DNA of 41,714 nucleotides from a plasmid: NCBI RefSeq assembly GCF_055900595.2, contig NZ_JBVWEU010000004.1; one strand, 5' to 3'. Shown piece by piece: positions 9,642 to 19,743 of this stretch (position 1 is its first letter; each line of letters starts with the position of its first letter). The notes under the pieces were generated by a model. It saw only the letters and a program-made list of their open reading frames with translations, ran no database searches and was not told where the DNA came from. The position numbers and the translations under genes were made by a program.

Positions 9642-10698
9642 GGCTTTGTTGAATAAATCGAACTTTTGCTGAGTTGAAGGATCAGATCACGCATCTTCCC
9701 GACAACGCAGACCATTCCGTGGCAAAGCAAAAGTTCAAAATAACCAACTGGCCCACCTACAATAAAGCCCTCATCAACCGTGGCTCCATAACTTTCTGGC
9801 TGGATGATGAAGCTATTCAGGCCTGGTATGAGTCGGCAACGCCTTCATCACGGGGAAGACCTCAGCGCTATTCTGATCTCGCCATCACCACCGTTCTGGT
9901 CATTAAACGCGTGTTCAGGTTGACCCTGCGGGCTGCACAGGGTTTTATTGATTCCATTTTTACACTGATGAATGTTCCGTTGCGCTGCCCGGATTACACC
10001 AGTGTCAGCAAGCGCGCAAAGTCGGTTAATGTCAGTTTCAAAACGTTCACCCGGGGTGAAATCGCGCATCTGGTGATTGATTCCACCGGGCTGAAGGTCT
10101 TTGGTGAAGGCGAATGGAAAGTCAAAAAGCATGGCCAGGAACGCCGTCGTATATGGCGAAAGTTGCATCTGGCAGTTGACAGCAACACACATGAAATCAT
10201 CTGTGCAAACCTGTCGCTGAACAATGTGACGGACTCAGAAGCCTTCCCGGGTCTTATCCGGCAGACTCACAGAAAAATCAGGGCAGCATCGGCAGACGGC
10301 GCTTACGACACCCAACTCTGTCACGATGAACTGCGGCGTAAGAAAATCAGCGCGCTTATCCCGCCCCGAAAAGGCGCGGGTTACTGGCCCGGTGAATATG
10401 CAGACCGTAACCGTGCTGTTGCGAATCAGCGGCTGACCGGGAGTAATGCGCGGTGGAAATGGACAACAGATTACAACCGTCGCTCGATAGCGGAAACGGC
10501 GATGTACCGGGTAAAACAGCTGTTCGGAGGTTCACTGACACTGCGTGACTACGATGGTCAGGTTGCAGAGGCTATGGCCCTGGTACGAGCGCTGAACAAA
10601 ATGACGAAAGCAGGTATGCCTGAAAGCGTGCGTATTGCCTGAAAACACAACCCGCTACGGGGGAGACTTACCCGAAATCTGATTTATTCAACAAAGCC
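9642..10698 (+). mobile_element. IS903-family insertion sequence (IS5 family), 1057 bp
   Basis: 18-bp terminal inverted repeats GGCTTTGTTGAATAAATC at both ends; length matches IS903; no 9-bp target duplication. Confidence 0.9.
9719..10642 (+). CDS. IS903-family transposase
   Basis: 307 aa from a GTG start; the ORF track extends it to 9674; DDE transposase of the IS903 group. Confidence 0.85.
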   Translation: MAKQKFKITNWPTYNKALINRGSITFWLDDEAIQAWYESATPSSRGRPQRYSDLAITTVLVIKRVFRLTLRAAQGFIDSIFTLMNVPLRCPDYTSVSKRAKSVNVSFKTFTRGEIAHLVIDSTGLKVFGEGEWKVKKHGQERRRIWRKLHLAVDSNTHEIICANLSLNNVTDSEAFPGLIRQTHRKIRAASADGAYDTQLCHDELRRKKISALIPPRKGAGYWPGEYADRNRAVANQRLTGSNARWKWTTDYNRRSIAETAMYRVKQLFGGSLTLRDYDGQVAEAMALVRALNKMTKAGMPESVRIA

Positions 10699-10781
10699 GC
10701 GCGGGGCTAACAGGTAAGATGAAATTAAGGTTTTACGAACACTGCCACTGTAATTAATTACCGCTACTTTCATAAATCACC

Positions 10782-11168
10782 TCAGAATTTTTTGTTGAAC
10801 TTCTTAGGGTCGAAATTCTCACCGATTTTCTTGAAGAATTCTTTATCAATAATGCCGGGACTCTCTGCTTTTTTACTTTCCTGCACTTCAGGCTCAGACG
10901 GTTGTGTATTGTGCAATACACTTTCCGCTGCACCCTTCGCGCTACTCTTATCATGCGTATTGTGCAATACATTTTTTCGGTTTTGCCGCGTTCTATACAG
11001 TGCCATCTCAAGCCCTTTGGCTGTTACCGAAAAGCTGTATTCGCTGTCGAGGATTTCAGCAATTTCATGCCGCGTTAGCCCTCTGTCCAGCCAGTTCTCG
11101 ATTTCATTTAGGCGCAATCTGACAGCAGCCGATAAGTTGCGGGGTTTCAGATCTGCTGGTTTATTCAT
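10782..11168 (-). CDS. Hypothetical small DNA-binding protein (predicted N-terminal HTH, lysine-rich tail)
   Basis: 128 aa; segment WLDRGLTRHEIAEIL looks like a helix-turn-helix; the phased repeat array lies directly upstream; function not recognised. Confidence 0.55.
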   Translation of the reverse strand: MNKPADLKPRNLSAAVRLRLNEIENWLDRGLTRHEIAEILDSEYSFSVTAKGLEMALYRTRQNRKNVLHNTHDKSSAKGAAESVLHNTQPSEPEVQESKKAESPGIIDKEFFKKIGENFDPKKFNKKF

Positions 11169-11229
11169 AACCCCCTCCGTTGTATGAAAATGACTCTACA
11201 ACACTCGTAAGAAGGGGTCAATCGAGTTT

Positions 11230-11380
11230 TGTAGTTTATCTGTAGTTTTATTGTAGTCTATTTGTAGTCTGTCACGTTTTTTGTAGTTTATTTGTAGTTT
11301 TATTGTAGTCTATTTGTAGTCTTACAACACTAAGGCAAAACGTTTTTTGTAGTTTATCTGTAGTTTATCTGTAGTTTTTG
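11230..11380. repeat. Eleven TGTAGT(T/C)T direct repeats at 11-bp phasing in three clusters (4+4+3); candidate centromere-like or operator array
   Basis: Repeat starts at 11230, 11241, 11252, 11263; 11282, 11293, 11304, 11315; 11348, 11359, 11370; the first two clusters are near-identical 44-bp blocks. Confidence 0.7.
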
Positions 11381-11388
11381 GTTGCTCA

Positions 11389-11412
11389 GATGGTCATGCA
11401 AGCATGACCATC
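11389..11412. repeat. 24-bp perfect palindrome GATGGTCATGC-AA-GCATGACCATC
   Basis: Seen directly; lies between the repeat array and an AT-rich tract. Confidence 0.5.
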
Positions 11413-11716
11413 AAAGAATAGGACGCTTTTTAGCCAAATGCCCCTTAACCTACGGAGATCGCCCTACCAAAAAAAGATGATTTTTTATCCCTTAACCTGC
11501 TATACACCTAACGCAGCGTGATAAATCACGCTATCGCACTGATTTAAAAGAAAAAAAACAAAATTTAGCCATGCTGCGGTATTACCCAGGTATTACAAAT
11601 CAAATCTAAATTACTGATTTAAATAACTTTTTATTTATTACTTTGGTAATACTATGATTTCACCGTATTAGACACCCTTTTTTCGTTTAAAAAATGCACA
11701 AATTGAGGACTGAATG

Positions 11717-11981
11717 GGCTTTGTTGAATAAATCGAACTTTTGCTGAGTTGAAGGATCAGATCACGCATCTTCCCGACAACGCAGACCGTTCCGTGGCAA
11801 AGCAAAAGTTCAAAATAACCAACTGGCCCACCTACAATAAAGCCCTCATCAACCGTGGCTCCATAACTTTCTGGCTGGATGATGAAGCTATTCAGGCCTG
11901 GTATGAGTCAGCAACACCTTCTTCACGAGGCAGACCTCAGCGCTATTCTGACCTTGCCATCACGACTGTGCTGGTCATTAA
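11717..11981 (+). mobile_element. IS903-family left-end fragment (265 bp), truncated by the Tn1721 inverted repeat
   Basis: Near-identical to 9642-9906; encodes only the transposase N-terminus; ends where the Tn1721 IR begins. Confidence 0.85.
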
Positions 11982-12019
11982 GGGGAGCCCGCAGAATTCG
12001 GAAAAAATCGTACGCTAAG
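11982..12019. repeat. Tn1721-type 38-bp terminal inverted repeat
   Basis: GGGGAGCCCGCAGAATTCGGAAAAAATCGTACGCTAAG, as I recall for Tn1721. Confidence 0.85.
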
Positions 12020-13768
12020 GTTTTCCGGGCATCCGTAAGGGCCGAAACTTCCCGTCTTCCAGTCTGCGGCTCTGCCGCCAGACGTAATCGCCGGTTAGGT
12101 TGATGTGCTCCCAGCCCAGCGGCGACAGGAATTGCAGCAGCTCGCCGTCCACCGGCTTGCCGGCCTCGACCAACCCCTGGGTGGCGCGTTCCAGGTACAC
12201 CGTGTTCCACAGCACGATAGCCGCCGTCACCAGGTTGAGGCCGCTGGCCCGGTAGCGCTGCTGCTCGAAGCTCCGATCCCTGATTTCCCCAAGGCGGTTG
12301 AAGAACACCGCCCTGGCCAGCGAGTTGCGCGCCTCACCTTTGTTCAGGCCGGCATGCACGCGGCGGCGCAGTTCAACACTTTGCAGCCAGTCCAGGATGA
12401 ACAGCGTGCGCTCGATCCGGCCCAGCTCGCGCAGGGCCACGGCCAGTCCGTTCTGGCGCGGGTAGCTGCCGAGCTTGCGCAGCATCAGCGAGGCGGTGAC
12501 GGTGCCCTGCTTGATCGAGCTGGCCAGGCGCAGGATGTCGTCCCAGTGGGCACGCACGTGCTTGATGTTCAGGGTGCCGCCGATCAGCGGGCGCAACGTC
12601 GGGTAGGCTTGCACGCCCTGCGGCACGTACAGCTTGGTTTCGCCGAGGTCGCGGATGCGCGGCGCGAAGCGGAAGCCTAGCAGGTGCATCAGGGCAAAGA
12701 CGTGATCGGTGAAGCCGGCCGTGTCGGTGTAGTGCTCCTCGATCCGCAGGTCGGACTCGTGGTACAGCAGGCCGTCGAGCACATAGGTGGAATCGCGGAC
12801 GCCGACATTCACCACGCGGGTGCTGAACGGCGCGTACTGGTCGGAGATATGGGTATAGAACAGCCGTCCCGGCTCGCTACCGTACTTCGGGTTGACGTGC
12901 CCGGTGCTCTCGCCCCGGCCACCCGCGCGGAAGCGCTGGCCATCGGAGGATGAGGTCGTGCCGTCGCCCCAGTGGGCGGCAAAGGCGTGGCGATACTGGT
13001 GGTTGACCAGCTCGGCCAAGGCCGCCGAATAGGTTTCGTCGCGGATGTGCCAGGCTTGCAGCCAGGACAGCTTGGCGTAGGTCAGGCCGGGGCTCGACTC
13101 GGCCATCTTGGTCAGCCCGAGGTTGATCGCATCACCGAGGATTGCGGACAGCAGCAACGTCCTGTCTTTGGCCTCGGCCCCGTCCTTCAAGTGGGTGAAG
13201 TGGCGGCTGAAGCCCGTCCAGTCGTCCACGTCCATCAGCAGTTCGGTGATCTTGATGCGCGGCAGTAACTGGCTGGTTTGGTCGATCAGCGCCTGCGCCC
13301 GATCCGGCACCGCCGCATCCAGCGGGGTGATTTTCAGCCCTGACTCGGTGAGGATGGCATCGGGCAGCTCGTTGTCCTTGGCCAGGCGGGTGACGGTGGC
13401 CAACTGCTCGTCCAGCAGCTGCAAACGCTCTTCCAGGTACTGGTCGCTGTTCGGGTTGATCGCCAGGGGCAGGGCCTGCTCGCGCTTGAGTGCGGCGAAC
13501 TTCTCGGCCGGCAGCAGGTAGTCGTCGAAGTCGCGGAACTGCCGCGAGCCCTTGACCCAGATGTCGCCGGAGCGCAGGGCGTTCTTCAGCTCGGACAGGG
13601 CGCAGATTTCGTAGAATTTCCGGTCGAGGCCTTCCGGGGTGATCACCAGCGGCTTCCAGCGCGGCTTGATGAAGGCCGTGGGTGCATCGGCCGGCACCTT
13701 GCGCAGGTTGTCGGCGTTCATCTCACGCAGGGTCTGCACGGCTGCCAGCACGCCTTGCGCGGCCGGCC
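12015..13768 (-). pseudogene. tnpA: Truncated Tn1721 tnpA (3' 1.75 kb) flanking the tet module
   Basis: Identical to the 3' part of the full tnpA at 17503-17832 plus 22783-24209; homology ends near 13768; the N-terminus of the ORF-track protein is non-native. Confidence 0.85.
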
Positions 13769-14162
13769 CGTGCTGTTCCCCAACTTTTCGCTCGGCGAAG
13801 AGTATGAACATGCGCCGCCGGCGACGAATCGCCAAATCTCACCGTATCTCCCGAGCGGACGATTTCGCACCGGTCTGCCCGTCGAAGGGCTTGCGATCGA
13901 ACGGGGCGACCTTTTCTATGCATGTCCGCGAGCCAGCGTCTTTTATGGCACGGCGCTCGACGCCGACCTTCGGACGCGCGGCGTAAGCACGCTTGTCATG
14001 GCCGGGATAAGCACCACCGGCGTTGTTCTTTCAAGCGTCGCCTGGGCTAGTGATGCGGACTACGACGTGCGTTTGGTCCAGGACTGCTGCTACGACCCGG
14101 ATCGGGATGCCCACGAAGCTCTGTTGCGTTCCGGGTTCGGCGGACGTGTACAGGTCGTGTAA
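13755..14162 (+). pseudogene. Isochorismatase-like cysteine hydrolase fragment (C-terminal part only)
   Basis: C-terminal segment FYGTALDADLRTRGVSTLVMAGISTTGVVLSSVAWASDADYDVRLVQDCCYDPDRDAHEALL resembles isochorismatase-family proteins; the N-terminal part does not. Confidence 0.35.
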
Positions 14163-14299
14163 TTTTCGGGCCTCGCATGATCGCGGCCATAGCCGCAGGT
14201 GGATTGGTGCGAGGCAGGGCCAGTCCAAGTCAGGGTGCGGTCATCGCGGCGCCTGCAACTCTCAAAAACCCATCGCCGTAGCGGAGGTCTTGTAATCGC

Positions 14300-15184
14300 A
14301 TGTCATTACGCACGCCCGATTTATTGTTCACAGCGATAGCACCTGCCATTTGGGGCAGCACCTACATTGTCACCACCCAATACCTGCCGAACTTCTCACC
14401 GATGACGGTCGCGATGCTGCGGGCGTTGCCGGCGGGTTTATTGCTCGTGATGATCGTCCGACAGATTCCAACGGGAATCTGGTGGATGCGCATCTTCATC
14501 CTCGGCGCACTTAATATTTCGCTATTCTGGAGCTTGTTGTTTATTTCGGTCTACCGCCTGCCGGGCGGGGTCGCGGCGACGGTAGGCGCTGTGCAGCCGC
14601 TGATGGTCGTGTTCATCTCTGCCGCTCTGCTAGGTAGCCCGATACGATTGATGGCGGTCCTGGGGGCTATTTGCGGAACTGCGGGCGTGGCGCTGTTGGT
14701 GTTGACACCAAACGCAGCGCTAGATCCTGTCGGCGTCGCAGCGGGCCTGGCGGGGGCGGTTTCCATGGCGTTCGGAACCGTGCTGACCCGCAAGTGGCAA
14801 CCTCCCGTGCCTCTGCTCACCTTTACCGCCTGGCAACTGGCGGCCGGAGGACTTCTGCTCGTTCCAGTAGCTTTAGTGTTTGATCCGCCAATCCCGATGC
14901 CTACAGGAACCAATGTTCTCGGCCTGGCGTGGCTCGGCCTGATCGGAGCGGGTTTAACCTACTTCCTTTGGTTCCGGGGGATCTCGCGACTCGAACCTAC
15001 AGTTGTTTCCTTACTGGGCTTTCTCAGCCCGGGGACCGCCGTGTTGCTAGGATGGTTGTTCTTGGATCAGACGCTGAGTGCGCTTCAAATCATCGGCGTC
15101 CTGCTCGTGATCGGGAGTATCTGGCTGGGCCAACGTTCCAACCGCACTCCTAGGGCGCGTATAGCTTGCCGGAAGTCGCCTTGA
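14300..15184 (+). CDS. pecM: PecM-like EamA/DMT family transporter
   Basis: 294 aa, multi-pass membrane protein; position and sequence consistent with the Tn1721 pecM. Confidence 0.85.
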   Translation: MSLRTPDLLFTAIAPAIWGSTYIVTTQYLPNFSPMTVAMLRALPAGLLLVMIVRQIPTGIWWMRIFILGALNISLFWSLLFISVYRLPGGVAATVGAVQPLMVVFISAALLGSPIRLMAVLGAICGTAGVALLVLTPNAALDPVGVAAGLAGAVSMAFGTVLTRKWQPPVPLLTFTAWQLAAGGLLLVPVALVFDPPIPMPTGTNVLGLAWLGLIGAGLTYFLWFRGISRLEPTVVSLLGFLSPGTAVLLGWLFLDQTLSALQIIGVLLVIGSIWLGQRSNRTPRARIACRKSP

Positions 15185-15215
15185 CCCGCATGGCATAGGC
15201 CTATCGTTTCCACGA

Positions 15216-16415
15216 TCAGCGATCGGCTCGTTGCCCTGCGCCGCTCCAAAGCCCGCGACGCAGCGCCGGCAGGCAGAGCAAGTAGAGGGCAGCGCCTGCA
15301 ATCCATGCCCACCCGTTCCACGTTGTTATAGAAGCCGCATAGATCGCCGTGAAGAGGAGGGGTCCGACGATCGAGGTCAGGCTGGTGAGCGCCGCCAGTG
15401 AGCCTTGCAGCTGCCCCTGACGTTCCTCATCCACCTGCCTGGACAACATTGCTTGCAGCGCCGGCATTCCGATGCCACCCGAAGCAAGCAGGACCATGAT
15501 CGGGAACGCCATCCATCCCCGTGTCGCGAAGGCAAGCAGGATGTAGCCTGTGCCGTCGGCAATCATTCCGAGCATGAGTGCCCGCCTTTCGCCGAGCCGG
15601 GCGGCTACAGGGCCGGTGATCATTGCCTGGGCGAGTGAATGCAGAATGCCAAATGCGGCAAGCGAAATGCCGATCGTGGTCGCGTCCCAGTGAAAGCGAT
15701 CCTCGCCGAAAATGACCCAAAGCGCGGCCGGCACCTGTCCGACAAGTTGCATGATGAAGAAGACCGCCATCAGGGCGGCGACGACGGTCATGCCCCGGGC
15801 CCACCGGAACGAAGCGAGCGGGTTGAGAGCCTCCCGGCGTAACGGCCGGCGTTCGCCTTTGTGCGACTCCGGCAAAAGGAAACAGCCCGTCAGGAAATTG
15901 AGGCCGTTCAAGGCTGCCGCGGCGAAGAACGGAGCGTGGGGGGAGAAACCGCCCATCAGCCCACCGAGCACAGGTCCCGCGACCATCCCGAACCCGAAAC
16001 AGGCGCTCATGAAGCCGAAGTGCCGCGCGCGCTCATCGCCATCAGTGATATCGGCAATATAAGCGCCGGCTACCGCCCCAGTCGCCCCGGTGATGCCGGC
16101 CACGATCCGCCCGATATAGAGAACCCAAAGGAAAGGCGTCGTCGCCATGATGGCGTAGTCGACAGCAGCGCCGGCCAGCGAGACGAGCAAGACCGGCCGC
16201 CGCCCGAAACGATCCGACAGCGCGCCCAGCACAGGTGCGCAGGCAAATTGCATCAACGCATACAGCGCCAGCAGAATGCCATAGTGGGCGGTGACGTCGT
16301 TCGAGTGAACCAGATCGCGCAGGAGGCCCGGCAGCACCGGCATAATCAGGCCGATGCCGACAGCGTCGAGCGCGACAGTGCTCAGAATTACGATCAGGGG
16401 TCTGTTGGGTTTCAC
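15216..16415 (-). CDS. tetA: Tetracycline efflux MFS transporter TetA, class A
   Basis: 399 aa from a GTG start (KPNRPLIVILSTVALDAVGIG...); the ORF track extends it to 16490. Confidence 0.95.
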   Translation of the reverse strand: MKPNRPLIVILSTVALDAVGIGLIMPVLPGLLRDLVHSNDVTAHYGILLALYALMQFACAPVLGALSDRFGRRPVLLVSLAGAAVDYAIMATTPFLWVLYIGRIVAGITGATGAVAGAYIADITDGDERARHFGFMSACFGFGMVAGPVLGGLMGGFSPHAPFFAAAALNGLNFLTGCFLLPESHKGERRPLRREALNPLASFRWARGMTVVAALMAVFFIMQLVGQVPAALWVIFGEDRFHWDATTIGISLAAFGILHSLAQAMITGPVAARLGERRALMLGMIADGTGYILLAFATRGWMAFPIMVLLASGGIGMPALQAMLSRQVDEERQGQLQGSLAALTSLTSIVGPLLFTAIYAASITTWNGWAWIAGAALYLLCLPALRRGLWSGAGQRADR

Positions 16416-16464
16416 GTCTGGCCTCCGGACCAGCCTCCGCTGGTCCGATTGAACGCGCGGATTC

Positions 16465-16511
16465 TTTATCACTGATAAGTTGGTGGACATATTATGTTTA
16501 TCAGTGATAAA
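16465..16511. promoter_or_regulatory. Two tet operators between divergent tetA and tetR
   Basis: TTTATCACTGATAAG and TTTATCAGTGATAAAG palindromes. Confidence 0.8.
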
Positions 16512-16520
16512 GTGTCAAGC

Positions 16521-17171
16521 ATGACAAAGTTGCAGCCGAATACAGTGATCCGTGCCGCCCTGGACCTGTTGAACGAGGTCGGCGTAGACGGTCTGACGAC
16601 ACGCAAACTGGCGGAACGGTTGGGGGTTCAGCAGCCGGCGCTTTACTGGCACTTCAGGAACAAGCGGGCGCTGCTCGACGCACTGGCCGAAGCCATGCTG
16701 GCGGAGAATCATACGCATTCGGTGCCGAGAGCCGACGACGACTGGCGCTCATTTCTGATCGGGAATGCCCGCAGCTTCAGGCAGGCGCTGCTCGCCTACC
16801 GCGATGGCGCGCGCATCCATGCCGGCACGCGACCGGGCGCACCGCAGATGGAAACGGCCGACGCGCAGCTTCGCTTCCTCTGCGAGGCGGGTTTTTCGGC
16901 CGGGGACGCCGTCAATGCGCTGATGACAATCAGCTACTTCACTGTTGGGGCCGTGCTTGAGGAGCAGGCCGGCGACAGCGATGCCGGCGAGCGCGGCGGC
17001 ACCGTTGAACAGGCTCCGCTCTCGCCGCTGTTGCGGGCCGCGATAGACGCCTTCGACGAAGCCGATCCGGACGCAGCGTTCGAGCAGGGACTCGCGGTGA
17101 TTGTCGATGGATTGGCGAAAAGGAGGCTCGTTGTCAGGAACGTTGAAGGACCGAGAAAGGGTGACGATTGA
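16521..17171 (+). CDS. tetR: Tetracycline repressor TetR, class A
   Basis: 216 aa from MTKLQPNTVIRAALDLLNEVG; HTH N-terminus. Confidence 0.95.
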   Translation: MTKLQPNTVIRAALDLLNEVGVDGLTTRKLAERLGVQQPALYWHFRNKRALLDALAEAMLAENHTHSVPRADDDWRSFLIGNARSFRQALLAYRDGARIHAGTRPGAPQMETADAQLRFLCEAGFSAGDAVNALMTISYFTVGAVLEEQAGDSDAGERGGTVEQAPLSPLLRAAIDAFDEADPDAAFEQGLAVIVDGLAKRRLVVRNVEGPRKGDD

Positions 17172-17469
17172 TCAGGACCGCTGCCGGAGCGCAACCCACT
17201 CACTACAGCAGAGCCATGTAGACAACATCCCCTCCCCCTTTCCACCGCGTCAGACGCCCGTAGCAGCCCGCTACGGGCTTTTTCATGCCCTGCCCTAGCG
17301 TCCAAGCCTCACGGCCGCGCTCGGCCTCTCTGGCGGCCTTCTGGCGCTCCTGCTGCGGCGTCCGCTCGTGGGCCGTGGCGCGGGTCCGCGCGCCGGCCTC
17401 GTGCGCCTGGCGCTCGCGGGCGAGGTCCAGGGCGGCCGTCTTCACGTTCTGCCTTGCGCAGATGAGATA

Positions 17470-17507
17470 GGGGAGCCCGCAGAATTCGGAAAAAATCGTA
17501 CGCTAAG
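17470..17507. repeat. Tn1721-type 38-bp inverted repeat (internal IR at the tnpA 3' end)
   Basis: Same 38-bp sequence as 11982-12019, in the same orientation. Confidence 0.85.
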
Positions 17508-17832
17508 GTTTTCCGGGCATCCGTAAGGGCCGAAACTTCCCGTCTTCCAGTCTGCGGCTCTGCCGCCAGACGTAATCGCCGGTTAGGTTGATGTGCTCCC
17601 AGCCCAGCGGCGACAGGAATTGCAGCAGCTCGCCGTCCACCGGCTTGCCGGCCTCGACCAACCCCTGGGTGGCGCGTTCCAGGTACACCGTGTTCCACAG
17701 CACGATAGCCGCCGTCACCAGGTTGAGGCCGCTGGCCCGGTAGCGCTGCTGCTCGAAGCTCCGATCCCTGATTTCCCCAAGGCGGTTGAAGAACACCGCC
17801 CTGGCCAGCGAGTTGCGCGCCTCACCTTTGTT
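17503..17832 (-). pseudogene. tnpA: Tn1721 tnpA 3' segment, separated from the rest of the gene by the Tn3 insertion
   Basis: Continues at 22783 after the 4950-bp Tn3; has one base fewer than the copy at 12015-13768 (GGTTGAAG versus GGTTGGAAG). Confidence 0.85.
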
Positions 17833-17979
17833 GGGGTCTGACGCTCAGTGGAACGAAAACTCACGTTAAGGGATTTTGGTCATGAGATTATCAAAAAGGA
17901 TCTTCACCTAGATCCTTTTAAATTAAAAATGAAGTTTTAAATCAATCTAAAGTATATATGAGTAAACTTGGTCTGACAG

Positions 17980-18852
<873 letters not shown>

Positions 18853-19022
18853 TCAATATTATTGAAGCATTTACCAGGGTTATTGTCTCATGAGCGGATA
18901 CATATTTGAATGTATTTAGAAAAATAAACAAATAGGGGTTCCGCGCACATTTCCCCGAAAAGTGCCACCTGACGTCTAAGAAACCATTATTATCATGACA
19001 TTAACCTATAAAAATAGGCGTA

Positions 19023-19743
<721 letters not shown>

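Noticed and set aside
12105-13521. Multiple plus-strand ORFs (89-191 aa), duplicated again at 22797-23964
   Set aside because: Antisense to the Tn1721 tnpA in high-GC DNA; identical duplicates only because the underlying tnpA segment is duplicated.
15377-16475. ORFs antisense to or overlapping tetA (61-204 aa)
   Set aside because: tetA on the minus strand is unambiguous; the others are GC-driven shadow ORFs.
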